Shown here: in pieces, positions 40,261 to 53,180 of the stretch
Numbering within the stretch: the first letter of the stretch is position 1
Layout of the letters: each line of letters begins with the position of its first letter
Origin: Anthoceros angustus
Lineage: Eukaryota > Plantae > Anthocerotophyta
Length of the DNA: 64,000 bases
Direction of reading: 5' to 3'
Assembly: GCA_010909165.1 (NCBI GenBank)
Contig: MU008233.1
Location: 1 to 64,000, forward strand
Notes under the pieces: generated by a model
Databases searched by the model: none
What the model saw: the letters and a program-made list of their open reading frames with translations, nothing else
Told to the model about the DNA's origin: nothing
Program-made: the position numbers and the translations under genes

Positions 40261-41383
40261 CGTTCAGGGACCGCTGTCGGAAGACGGGTCTAACAAACGA
40301 CTATCGAGGATGCCCAGGTATCGTGCATGACCACACCATACGAGCTAACACCGATGCCGCAGCCCAAGGAACAGATAAAAGCAACCTATAGTTTCCCCGG
40401 CCGCTGTGCGTACTTTGCCGTCCGGAAGTTGGTGCTGTTTGTGGCTACTACCGGAGGGAGCACGTGACAGAATTGAAAGACGTTTTGATTGCAATTGCCC
40501 TTCGTTGAATCACCAGCTGCTGCCCTTCACCCCTCACTGAATCACCTCAAATCCAACTCTTTATAATATATATTCTCTCTCCTGGGCGTAGATAGCCAGA
40601 CTCGAACTAAGTGTGTATTCTATCAATAAAAGAGCCAGTTGGGCGTGGATAGGCTGCTCACTAAAATCGTGGATAGGCCGCTCACTAAAATTCGTCGGGG
40701 GGGGTTTAATGCTTGGTTGCCTTGATGTGGTGGGGCCTACCATCTCCGTGACTTGCGACCGGGAGCACGAGCCGGGAGCCAGGAGCCGGGAGCCGGGTGA
40801 GTTCACCATACACATGGAAACATACGTGACCGTTGCGAACACATGGGCACATACTGTACATGAGAACAAGAACGCATCTCGTGTGAGTGGCTAAGAACCC
40901 AAAGATGTAGAGCACGCGGGATGAGGCCTGGTATACGAGATGCTTGTTGTCGTATATATTTTCTGCTGGATATAACCGAATTTTGGTACAGGGTAATCAA
41001 ATTGAAGCTTGTCTAAAGAGCGACAGCATGAGCTATTGTTCAAAGCCAAAAACATAGAGCATTCAAGGTTGAGGCGTGATAACAGAGATGCCCATTTTCG
41101 TTCATAACTTATGCTAGACACAACCAAGATGTAATATAGGGCAATCAAATTGAAGCTTGTCCATAGGGCTACAGAATGAGCTATAGCTCATTCCGTATAA
41201 ACATATGTGGAACACGCACTAAGAGTTTGAAATTCAAAGAGCACAAATTGTTCATCGAACAATTCTGATGAACATCAATATCCAAGTTCGCATTCAGAAA
41301 GCTGAACATGATGAGTTTGAAACTGGCTTTCCGATGACCTATCTTACAAAATTTATAGCCAAGTAAGGCATGAAATAGCCACA

Positions 41384-44300
41384 AATCTCATCCTTCCCTT
41401 TCTTCAAGATACCTACGTTCAGCACCTTGGTGCAACACCTCTAGCATCTTTGGCTTCTGCCGACGGGTTGCAGGCTTCCAAGTATTCATCTCCACAATAC
41501 ATTTTTTCCTCTTTAAAGAATCTCCAAAGCCATTGTCCAATTTGAGTAAATGGCCTTGAAATGTGGACACTGCACCATTGGCACATTTTCGTGCCCATTT
41601 AACTTGGAGAAGCAACATAGAAAGCTGCATGAGTATCTTTGGAGCAAGGAAGCATCAATGCACCATTCCACACTTCTTTCCATATATTTTCCAAGCTCTG
41701 GTATGAAGCAACGGCCTTCACTTGTGGCTTTACGTTGCCAAATGGCAGCTGTTGGCAATGATTCAGTCTTCTGAGTTGTGAAAATAGGTGTCTCCTCCTC
41801 GTGCACCGCCTGTTCACAAGGCATATGTTGGTCCAACAGAATGCGGAGAGACATGGACATGTCCTCTTCTAGCCATAAACTAACTAGCTGGTGTGGATAC
41901 TAGTTCCCCTTTGAGGTATAATATCTTAGCTTGGTGCTTGCAAAAGAAACCTTGAGTGCCTGGACAATGCAAGTCCAATGCACTTACAATGAAGATGGTA
42001 TAGATCAACTTCGATCGCAACTCCTCACAAAAGCTGGTCCATCAATTGTGGTTGGTAATGTGACAGGTGAGTCGAATGGATTGGGAACCCAAGATTGCAT
42101 TGTCCACGATTGCTGCTTCCTTGCATTGTACGAATCCATGCTCCTTTGTGAAATGCTTATACCGGTAGATTTTTCGTTTCCGAGTGTGGAGCTAATCCAA
42201 CCATCTTCCTCGCAGCTAACAAAATCATGGCGAGACTTCAAAACCCATGCCAGCTCGATAGCGAGTTACAATCTTGGCTGCGTGCCTCATAGTTACGATA
42301 CCCTTTAACCATAAGGAAGCACACGTGCCATTGTTTTGAAATACTCAATGAAACTCGGGCCTCTCCAAAATCTACATACACTTGTTGCAGCATTTTGTGG
42401 GCCTCATCTTCAATTTACCGCGGATAGGTACATAATGTGACCAAGGCTGGAAGATTGCAACGAACTTCCCGATTCGGACCTTCAACAACAAATGTCGTAA
42501 CCGCACTTTCGACATGCCACAACATAACCGACGCCCATACATTGTGAATGGTTGCAATTTACTGCATAATCTACCTTGGTTGCCATTCTGGCGATTACCA
42601 ATATGGTCCTTGAAGCTTGCAACCAAGGCGAATATCTCTGTTGTCCCTATCGTAACAATCCAACAGCACTCCGTTATAGTAACTATCAAACACCAAAAGT
42701 GTACAAGTGAAACTTGTATTTGTTGGTCCCGAGCGTGGCGTCCATGGATATGACATTCCCATTCCCAAAGCATAATCATGGAACGCTGGAAATCGGTTTG
42801 CAAGCCAATCACTAAGGGGAGGAACAGAATGATACGGACAAGGTCCTTGTGAGCCTCTATCCACAACCAACACTAATCTCATCCTTCCCTCTCTTCAAGA
42901 TAACTACTTTCAGCACCTTGGTGCAACACCTCTAACATCTTTGCCTGTGCTTCCAAGTAGTCATCTCCACAATTTTTCCTCTTTAAAGAATCTCCAAAGC
43001 CATTGTCCAATTTGAGTAAATGGCCTTGAAATGTGGACCTACCATTGGCACATTTTCGTGCCTACAACTTTAACTTGGAGAAGCAACATAGAAGCTGCTG
43101 CATGAGTATCTTTGGAGCAAGGAAGCATCAGCATGCACCATTCCCACTTCTTTCCATATATTTTCCAAGCTCTGGTATGAAGCAACGGCCTTCACTTGTG
43201 GCTTTACGTTGCCAAATGGCAGTGCTGTTGGCAATGATTCGATGTCTTCTGAGTTGTGAAAATACGCCTCCTCGTGCACGCTTTGTTCACAAGGCATATG
43301 TCTGGTCCAACGAATGCGGAGAGACATGGACATGTCCTCTTCTAGCCATAAACTAGCTCGGTGTGGATACTAGTTCCCCTTTGAGGTGTAATATCTTAGC
43401 TTGGTGCTTGCAAAAGAAACCACGAGTGCCTCTGGGACAATTACAAGTCCAATGCACTTACAATGAAGATGGTATAGATCAACTTCGATGCAACTCCTCA
43501 CAAAAGCTGGTCCATCAATTGTGGTTGGTAATGTGACATGAGTCGGAATGGATTGGGAACCCAAGATTGCATTGTCCACGATTGCTGCTTCCCTTGCATT
43601 GTGAATCCATGCTCCTTTGTGAAATGCTTATACTAGTAGATTTTGCTTCTTGTTTCCACGAGTGTGGAGCAACCAATCCAACCATCTTCCTCGCCTAACA
43701 AAATCATGGCTGTGACTTCAAAACCCATGCCAGCTTCGATAGCGAGTTACAATCTTGGCTGCGTGCCTCATAGTTCGATACCCTTTAACCATAAGGAAGC
43801 ACTGCATGCCATTGTTTCTTGAAATACTCAATGAAACTCGGGCCTCTCCAAAATCTACATACACTTGTTGCAGCATTTTGTGGGCCTCATCTTCAATTTG
43901 CCACCGGATAGGTACATAATGTGACCAAGGCGTTGGAAGATTGCAACCCACTTCGATTCGGACCTTCAACAACAAATGTCGTGTGACACTTTCGACATGC
44001 CACAAGCATAACAACAATTGGGCTATCGCCGCCATACATTGTGAATGGCTGCAATTTCTGCAACTGCATCGTCTACCAGAAAGGTACTTGGTTGCCATTC
44101 CTGGCAGTATCTACCAATATGGTCCTTGAAAGCTTGCAACCAAGACTGAATATCTACTGTTGTCCCGCTATCTGTAACAATCCAGACAACAGGCACTCCG
44201 TTATAGTAACTATCAAACACCAAAAGTGTGTACAGGTGAAACTTGTATTTGTTGGTCTCGAACGTGGCGTCCATGGATATGACATTCCCATTCCCAAATG

Positions 44301-44414
44301 CAAAATCATGGGAATGGAAATCGGTTTGCAAGCCAATCACTAAGGGGAGGAAACAAAATGATACCAGACAAGGTCCTTGTGAGCCTCTATCCACAAACCA
44401 ACACTAATCTCATC
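41384..44414. repeat. Tandem duplication of ~1.5 kb inside the MULE
   Basis: AATCTCATC at 41384, 42875 and 44406 bounds two homologous blocks. Confidence 0.9.
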
Positions 44415-44950
44415 GTTGAGGTGATATTGATAGAACCCCGCAAACAATTGAGAGGCAATTTTGTTAATGTCGTGTGGCTGTAAAAAATCATCGCGACAAG
44501 GTTCATAATCACTAGCTTGTGCTTTCAATTCTACTTGCTCCACATGCTAGGTATATCTCTCTTTGTTACACCAAATAATGACGCCTCGCACGGATGTCCT
44601 CACTTAAAGGGCAGCAAACCTTGAGCGGTCTGCGGTATCTCCGTGGTGGCAGTTGTCCATTGGTCTACATGTTCAAATGAATCATAAAACACAAGCGATT
44701 GTGGCGGATAACAAGGCTTCACATCAAAGTGGTCATGGCAACCATGTTTGATACTCTGACCTCTCAAGATCTTGGCTTTCCGTTTTCCTACTGCTTGAAG
44801 CTTTGTTTTCTTTGCATTATCATCACGAAGATCCTTTCCCAAATGCACACCAAGATTTTTGTGGCACAAATAAGCCCAAACATTAGTTTTACTTGTTGGA
44901 GGCTTGCTTCTTATCCATCTCCTTCCAAAAGTATGTGGGGAACTGCGCAT
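41400..44950 (-). pseudogene. MULE transposase, frameshifted and internally duplicated
   Basis: RGQSIKHGCHDHFDVK. ISMDATFETNKYKFHLYTLLVFDSYYNGVPVVWIV...FLVDDAVAEIAAI (DDE core). LLCLWHV (CxxH). Confidence 0.85.
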
Positions 44951-46307
44951 TCTTGCCTTCTCCTAACACCAAGTCCGACACCCTGTTCCATGGAATAATG
45001 GCAAATCTAGAGATAGCGGGCACACAATCCTTAGAAGCAACCTCATATCGTCTTGCTATAACAGTGGGTGAAAACTTCAGATGTTGCGTGTTGAACAAGC
45101 CACCTGGTGGCGCTTGCACCTCCCAACCGTAGGGAAGTTCTTCAATCTAATCTTAGTTGCCGTTGCAAGTCACAATTCAGTGTTCAGAATACGGGCTGCA
45201 CGAAGGTATTGCTTAATCGAGTTTAGTGTGAAGTGAACCCGCAAAAAATGATACTTACTTTCCATTTCAAATGGAAACATGTTTTAGGGTTTGTTTCGCC
45301 CCTGCAATTTATGGGTTCTGTATGACATGCATGCCATGAGCAAGCACACATGGTCATAGCATGAGCTCATGCTCATGACATGAGGCATGACATGAGCCGC
45401 TTGACGCCGAAGACCGGCAGGCTGTGCCAGTGGCAATGGAGACGAGAGAGACTGAGTGGTGGGCCCCACTAGATCAAGGCAACCTCGCATTAAACCCCTA
45501 ATGAACTATAGTGACCGGGCGTGGATAGCCAGACTCAAATTCTAGTGTGTATTCTATCAATAAAAAGCAACACCTCCGGGGAGGTGGCTGCCATCAGCAG
45601 GCGGGTGGCCGGGCCAATGGAATGCGGTCACCGCGCGAGTCGTGTACTGTGTCGCAAAGTTCAGACCGTTGAGAATCGTGCAAATCTCTTTATGGTTTGA
45701 GTGCAAATCTCTTTATGGTTTGAGTGCAAGTCTCTTTATGAAGTGAATTGGCGAGGTCCAAGACCGATCGGAAATGAGCAATTGTAGCTTCCTTACTGGC
45801 TACGTAGAGAGGGGCGTTACTTAAACAATATTTTTTTGCGTTTCCAGATTCCCTAAGAATTTTGTAGGAGTTTATAATGAAGTAGAGCCGCGGCCGGGCC
45901 GGGTGGCATAGAGACCACATGGCATGGAGGTGTTGGAGCCTACTCTGCATGAAGAAGAGGCGGGAGAGCCTGGAGTCTCTCCAAAGGGAAGAGATGCGTG
46001 TCATCTGCCGCCGGGGTAAGTAGTTAGGCCGGGTAAAGCAGGGTAACCGCTGGTGCTGGTGAGGAGAGCCTTGAGTCTCTTAGAGGGGAGAGATGCGTCT
46101 GAGACGACTCTCCAAATGGCTTTAGAGAATGACCGCTGGAGAAGGCCATGGCAGCGCCCTCGTGCGTGAATGGGGGTTGCTTGTGGGGGCTAGCCGTAAA
46201 ATCGTGTGTGCGGGGCCCCACTGACTGCGAGAGGGGCATGACCATGTAGTGCATACCCTCTCAATCTATGAATATGTATATACCTCCAGACACAAGAACC
46301 CGTCACG

Positions 46308-46525
46308 GACCCAACAAGGCAACCCGGTGACGCCAAACCCAACAAGGACCCAACAAGGGCTGGCAACCTGTGTGACGCCAAACCCAACAAGGGACCCAAC
46401 AAGGGCCAGGGCAACCCGGGTGACGCCAAACCCAACAAGGGACCCAACAAGGGCAACCCGGGTGACGCCAAACCCAACAACGGACCCAACAAGGGCAACC
46501 CGGGTGACGCCAAACCCAACAAGGG
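46308..46525. repeat. ~42-bp minisatellite, about 5 units
   Basis: GGGCAACCCGGGTGACGCCAAACCCAACAAGGGACCCAACAA repeats. Confidence 0.9.
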
Positions 46526-47382
46526 TTACCGCGTCCAGACATAGGGTGTAAAAGTGTAAAACATGTGATGTAAAAGTGTAAAACATGTGTTTAACAGTCC
46601 GACACACAAAATGCGAACTAGACGGATTGAGACTGAAACTTCTTTGATGTAGGGGGCTGATCCGACCACCGAACCAAAGCATTTGCGATGTCTTCAGTAA
46701 GATAAGCCTAATAATATACAAACCAAAAGACAAAAATGCCCCGCTCGCAGGACCCCGGTGGCCGATGAATTGCTGGACCGTATAGACGATCTCTACGTCA
46801 TGGATGTTAATGGCAATGTGAGAGACATGACCATGAAGTACACCACCCCCGCACTTGGCCACCTGATTTCTACGGCTAAGCGCTTGTGGGGGTTGGACTA
46901 AGGCTTACTTTGCAAGTGCATGGAGGCATGGAGGCATGGAGCGGGGTTGTAGACTAGATCGGGCTTGCGGGGGCACGGGCCAAGCTGATGTTCCAAGTCA
47001 TACGCACACGCACACGCACACGCTGGACTTGGATGCTTACTTTTGGTGACCCTGGGGAAACATGGACTTGGAGCGAGTATTTTTTGCTCCGGAAATGTAG
47101 GTGAGCATGGCAGAGGGCTCGTTCGTGTACGGGATGCTGTCATGTTTAGGTACCTGCTCATGTTTGCTCAAGCATCATCTCTCCTTCTCCCAAACCCGGT
47201 CCTCTTCGCCATGACACCCTCCCGTGCTTCAGAAATTCGTGGAGGCCGGAGGCCAGAGGGAACATCCTCCACCCCAAACACAGTAATTTGTCATGCTGAG
47301 AGCAAGGCCATCCCAACATGCAGAAAAGGGGTTGGGCCTTCCGGGGTTTAACATGCATTGCTTATGGCGGGCTTGCACGCTA

Positions 47383-47528
47383 TGTGGTGTGTGGAACAAT
47401 GTCATCCACAGCGCCACAGGGAAAGAGGGACGTGGGCACCATTCAGGGTCCCCGCGAACCGAAGATCGAAAACTCCTCCATCCAGTCCCCGCTGGCTGCC
47501 GCCTCCCATCATTTTGAAGGGAATGACA
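47383..47528. repeat. ~145-bp direct repeat flanking the chromovirus (left copy)
   Basis: TGTGGTGTGTGGAACAATG...GAAGGGAATGACA, repeated at 52875-53018. Confidence 0.9.
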
Positions 47529-47530
47529 AA

Positions 47531-48056
47531 AGTAACACCCTCAACGGGTGGGAATACCACGCAGCTTAGAAGTAAAATCAAAGTAATAAATCAACACTGA
47601 CACGACTAGGCCTCCAAGTAGCCGCCCTCCTCTTCTAGGAGGACTCAGACAAGACTCTCTTGCCGCTCTTATTCTTAGATCACGAGTCAACAAGAACATA
47701 CAGATGGGAGGGCTAGAGAGAACTCCCCATCTTTGCCTAAGCTAGGAGCTTAGCTCTCTCACTTGACCTCCTCCCAAAGCTCCTTCACAAGACTCTTCCG
47801 TGCTTAGCAAGCAACAAGTGCTCTCAAGGCGCAACCCAAGCAACAAGTGCTCTCAAGGTTGAACAATGCCTTTAGCCCAGGCAGGTCTCCTTTATACTCA
47901 AGCCCTAGCTACAATCTTAGTAACTACTTACTTAAGCTTTAAGCTATTATTTACTACCATACACTTCCTAGGGCTGCATGCTTAACATGCTCTTAGTCGC
48001 TCTTCTAAACATGCCTGCATGGAGCTTTCTTACCAAAGCACTCAAATTTTGTTACT
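47531..48056 (-). repeat. 3' LTR (AGTAAC...GTTACT)
   Basis: Colinear match to 52343-52872. Abutted by the purine tract TAGTGGGGAGG on the minus strand. Confidence 0.88.
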
Positions 48057-51000
48057 TCCTCCCCACTAGGAAGAATCACTCGGTGATAACCAGTAACGAG
48101 CAATCATCCAGAGCCTTTGGATATCCTCTAATGTTACCCAACCGGTATTGAGATCCCATAACTTTACCATGTATTGTGGTAGAGTTCCACGCCTCGTAGC
48201 CACGCTACTGCAAGGAATTCTTCAATCTCCATTGATCTCGCACGAGGATCTATTTCTTCTGTCCATGTCCTCTTTCTCCTTGCACAAATGGCTTCAACAT
48301 TGATACATGAAACACATTGTGTGCAAAAATCCAACAAAAGTCCAACTTATAAGCGACTTCTCCAATGCGCTCAGGACAACATAAGGACCTCCATACTTTG
48401 GCCTCAACTTTAGAGACAAACCTTGGGGCGTGTGAAATGCTTCAATTTCACCCAAACCTTATCCCCAACATTGAAGACAGCTTTCTCCTGTGCTTATCGG
48501 CATATCTCTTAGGCGTTTGAGCCTTGGCTAATATCTTTTGGCAATCTCATGCCTAGCCTTCAAGCTCAACAAATTGGCGTGGATCTCGTGGTAGTATCGA
48601 AAACTTCAGATTTAGCATGGATACTACATCCGTGAGTTCCACTCATCTCAAAGGGACTATATCCCAAGGAGCTATGCGTGTTATTGTAACAAAACTCCAT
48701 CATCAAGATGATCAAATCTCTCGATCAATCGCACATAGTGCCTCAAGTATTCTTCTTGGATTCGGTTGACTCGCTCTGTTAGCCCATCGATTCTGGATGG
48801 TATGCGACTCATGCATAAGCGCACATTCAAACTTCTCATCAAGTGCTGAAAATTCTCCGTGAATCTTGGATCTCTATCACTCACAATCGCGGGCAAGCCA
48901 TGATACTTGTACACATACTTCTTGAACAAGTTGGCCTCGGCTCACCGCTTCTTGGTGGGGATGAAGTGCGCTTGTGGTGAACCTATCCACCATCACATGA
49001 TAGTGTATAACCATTCTTTGAGGCAAAGGCATGATGAAGTCCATAGAAATACTTTTCCATGGCCCTCTTGGAATAGGTGAACAAACCTCTTGGTTTAGCC
49101 TTTGTTCTACCTTATCCTGGCGACAAACAGCATGCCTTGACATAGTCTAATGTATCTTGATACATTCCTCGCCAAGAAACGACTTCTTCAACTTCTCATA
49201 AGTTGAATCACCTCCACGTGACCAGACTTGGCACATCATGACATTCAAGTAACTTCTTCTTCAAGCCCTGAGTTAGGAATCACAACTCTCTGTTGTATAT
49301 CAACAAACCATCTACGAGTTTGAACTTGCTTCCTTTCTCGCCACCCCATTCATCCATCGCACTCGGATCAGATAAGCTTCCTTAATCTCTTTGTGAGTAT
49401 CCACAGCTCAATCACACTTGCCATTGCCTTTCCTTGACTCTTTGCGACTCAACGATCCGCAACCTTATTCTCCTTTCCGGGTTTGTATTTGAGTCACATC
49501 ATACATAGCTAGGAATCACGCCATCTAGCTTGCCTCGCATTCAACTTCAATGGTTGGAGAAGTATGTTGTCGATATTATCGATCTGACAAAAGACCTACC
49601 CAAGAGATAGTGCCTCCAAGCCTTTTGCGGTGGATGAGTCATTTCCTTCTCATAGGTGGGATACTTCATCTCATAAGGATGCAACTTCCTTGACTCAAAA
49701 GCTAACGGCTTTTGGTCCATCAAAACTCCACCTATAGCCATGTCCGAGGCATCACAATACACTTCTACATCTTTCTTGGGGTCATACATTCCCAACAGGA
49801 GTAGTACTCAACTTCTCTTTCAAGTATTCAAAGAGCTTGACAATCAGATCCCACTTCCAAGCTTTTGATGTCTTCAAGAGGTCGTTATGGGGCTGCTATC
49901 TTAGCAAACATATGTACAAACCTCCTACACGAAGCCAAACCCATAAAGCTCGTACCTCATGAATGTTGAGGGCCAATCTTGAATGGCTTTAACTTTATCG
50001 GATCCATCCCGATGCCCTCGGCAGAGACAATAAAACCTAAGAATGGAATCTACTGTCTTGGCAAATCACACTTCTTGATTGCCAAGAACAAAGAATTCTC
50101 TCTTAGCTTTTGTAACACTTCTCTTAAGTGTTGACATGTTCCTCAAGGTATGGCTAAAGATCAAAATGTCATCCGGATAGATTACAACACACTTGTCCAC
50201 GGATCTATGAATATAGTATTCATAAGTGTCGAAATGGCAGTGCATTAGTAAGTCCAAATGGCATGACCAGAATTCAAAAGCCCCATACACGGTCCTACAA
50301 GCTTTTGTACTCATGCCCTCGCAATCCGATCGATAGTACCGCCATCGGATCCACGGTGAAATACTTGGCACCCTTCAACTGTCGAACATATCATCCATTC
50401 TAGGCAAAGGATATGCATTCTTGATTGTAATCGAGACGTAATCCGGACACAATCGAGTCCTCCATTCTTTTGCGTGAACAATACGCACCAAAAGGAGACT
50501 TAGAAACTCGACATATCCCTTTGCCAGTTGGATAGTTGTCGCTTGAGTTCTTGCAACTCATCCGTGACAATCTATACGGTGCTCTTGAAGGAGGCGTACT
50601 CCACGGCTTCAATTCAATCTCATGATCTACTACTGCGAGACGGCAATGGTGGCAACTCATCGGCATCAAATCCTTGAACTCATCCAAGATAGCTTGTACT
50701 TTTGGGATGTCTTTCACCTCTGGAATCTTCTTCTAGACCATCCTCTAGTCCTTGGAGTACAACTAAGTATAGCTCCTTCTTTTCCGAGATCCTTCTTAAG
50801 CTCTCTTTTGAAATCAATGTCTTGATGGAGTCTCAAGCTCGCTAACACTAGCACAACTCACCTTGTGCTTCTTGGATATCTCAATAGTGCGAGACTTAAC
50901 ATCCATATACACTTCATTGGATCTCATCCACGGGCCTAAGATGATATCATGGTCATCCATCTCGAGTGAAACTCATTTCCTTGCCATGCTTGACTTGCAG

Positions 51001-52342
51001 CTTTACTCCATGCAATTCACCCGAATTGCGAGTCCCTTTAGCTTGCTTGATTCCATATGGCGTGGAAGTTTCATCCATTCAAGACCAAGCTCTCTTGCCT
51101 TACTAGGAGTTATAAAATTGTGGGTGCAGAATCCAACAACAACTCTACATCTAAGCCATTCATCTTCCCACATATATACATGAGGTCTCCACCTTTCCTC
51201 ATTATAGTGTCATCCTTGACACTAGATGACTCACCACATGTCTTCACAACATGTGGCCTGCCACCGGGCTCCTCGGGAAGTTCTTGAATCCGGCTCTTGG
51301 AGCAGTGGATTGGCAGCAACCAAATTCAAGTTGGGAGCTCCAACATGTGGACAATTCCTAGCAAAGTGTCCTGTTCTCCAATCGCACACACCGAGCTAGA
51401 ATCGTGCCGTTCCACGACCCTATCTCCTCTAGCTCGGCCTCGCCGAGTCTCATTGGTTCCACTATTCACGGTGGTAGCTCGTCCTCGCCTCTAGATCTAC
51501 CACGAGACCTAGGATATCTTCCTCTTGATACCGGTGCCTCTTGAATAAACATATCCGGTATAGCATCTGCCGCCATGGCCTCTTGCGTGTTTGAGGATTA
51601 GTCAAAGCTATCCTATTTTGAGCCCATCTCTTAAGGCCAGTGATAAACTTGTGGAGTTTGTCCTTTATGCATCTCTGGACATTGCAAGACAATAGAGCTA
51701 AACTCACTCACATACTCCCGCAAAGTTCCAATATGCTCGACATTGTCGAGCATCCTTCGCGCCAAACTCGCTGCATTAGCGGGTTGGAAACGGAGTTGCA
51801 GTGCTTGCTTGCAGCCTGCCCATGTGAGGATTGTGGCTCTGCAATTGCCTTGCCTTACGTTCTCAACATAAGTCCTCCACCAAGTAAGAGCATAATCCTC
51901 TAAGATATTCGTGACGTGCTTGTACTCATCTTGCGGCACTCATGATTCGAGGTACGCCCAAAGAGAAAAACCAAGAACTGATTTTCTACGTCACGCCGCC
52001 TTTATAAGTCTTTGGGGCTGTATGCTCACCTCAACTTCTTAGACTTTTGGCGGATCGCTCTCGTGCTCAGCTCCACTTCTTCCGGCTCTTCTTCAACGAG
52101 CCACTTTAATCTCCGATCCATGGCATCAAGTCTCCTCATGATCTTTTGAGCTGGTCCTCTATGGTGGTGCCGGTCCTCTGCTCAAGTTCCTTCCTCCGTT
52201 CTCACAACTCGGACTCGTGGCTCTTCCACGGGCTTTAAGCGGGCCTTATCTTCCGGCGATCCTTTCCACTCTACTTGGCTCGCAGGATCCGCCATCTCCA
52301 CTAGCGTACTAGTCAAAGATGCTTCAACCTATGCTCGACACA

Positions 52343-52872
52343 AGTAACACCCTCAACGGGTGGGGAAAACCACGCAGTTAGAAGCAAACTAGTAATAAAT
52401 CAACACGGACACAAGACTAGGCCTCCAAGTAGCCCGCCTCTTCTAGGAGGACTCTGACAAGACTCTTGCCACCGCTTTTATTCTTAGATCACGAGTCAAC
52501 AAGAACATATGGAGGGCTAGAGAGAACTCCCCATCTTTGCCTAAGCTAGGAGCTTAGCTCTCTCTTCACTTGACCTCCTCCCAAAGCTCCTTCACAAGAC
52601 TCCCTTGGTGCTTCGCCCAAGCAACAAGTGCTCTCAAGGCAACCCAAGCAACAAGTGCTCTCAAGGTTGAACCCGAATCATCTTTAGCCTGGCAGGTCTC
52701 CTTTATACTCAAGCCCTAGCTACAATCTTAGTAACTACTTACTTAAGCTTTAAGCTATTATTTACTACCACACTTCCTAGGGCTGCATGCTTAACATGCT
52801 CTTAGTAAGTCGCTTCTTCTAAACATGCCTCTGCATGGAGCTTTCTGCAAAGCACCTCAAGCCTTTGTTACT
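52343..52872 (-). repeat. 5' LTR (AGTAAC...GTTACT)
   Basis: Colinear match to 47531-48056. A degenerate PBS (GCTCGACACA versus canonical GCTCTGATACCA) is adjacent. Confidence 0.88.
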
Positions 52873-52874
52873 TC

Positions 52875-53018
52875 TGTGGTGTGTGGAACAATGTCATCCA
52901 CAGCGCCACAGGGAAAGAGGGACGTGGGGCACCCTTGAGGTCCCGCCAACCGAAAGACTGGAAACTCCTCCATCCGCCTCCCGCGGTCGCCCCTCCCATC
53001 ATTTTGAAGGGAATGACA
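52875..53018. repeat. ~145-bp direct repeat flanking the chromovirus (right copy)
   Basis: Matches 47383-47528. Confidence 0.9.
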
Positions 53019-53180
53019 CATTCAGAAGTTATGGTGTTGGCAGAAAAATTAAAAAAAACATACCTTCAAGAAAATAAAATAAATATTTGAGCAGAAATTC
53101 GCAGGAAAACCCTCATCATTCTGGGGTTAAGCAGGCACTTCCACCCACCAATGAGCACTTGGCCTACTTCTTTATTTTTC

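Larger units (their letters stand above)
40683..45513 (-). mobile_element. Mutator-like (MULE) DNA transposon with TIRs
   Basis: Inverted repeats GGGGTTTAATGCTTGGTTGCCTTGATGTGGTGGGGCCTACCA (40701-40742) and TGGTGGGCCCCACTAGATCAAGGCAACCTCGCATTAAACCCC (45457-45498). Internal MULE transposase motifs. Confidence 0.8.
47531..52872 (-). mobile_element. Ty3/Gypsy chromovirus, full-length and frameshifted
   Basis: LTRs at 47531-48056 and 52343-52872. gag 51631-51939. Protease LLLDS (~51130). RT 50066-50717. RNase H YCDASDMAIGGVL (~49750). Integrase PWKSISMDFI (~49050). Chromodomain-like QYMVK...WVTLEDI (~48130-48180). PPT next to 48057. Degenerate PBS at ~52333-52342. Confidence 0.92.

Noticed and set aside
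46266-46862. Hydrophobic 14-aa repeat protein (LVGFGVTRVALVGS)n
   Set aside because: A by-product of the 42-bp minisatellite, which opens frames on both strands.
47383-53018. DIRS/Ngaro-type split direct repeats
   Set aside because: The element has a DDE integrase, a chromodomain, a PPT and a PBS, and no tyrosine recombinase. The A-B...B-A order differs from the A...B-A-B split-repeat layout.
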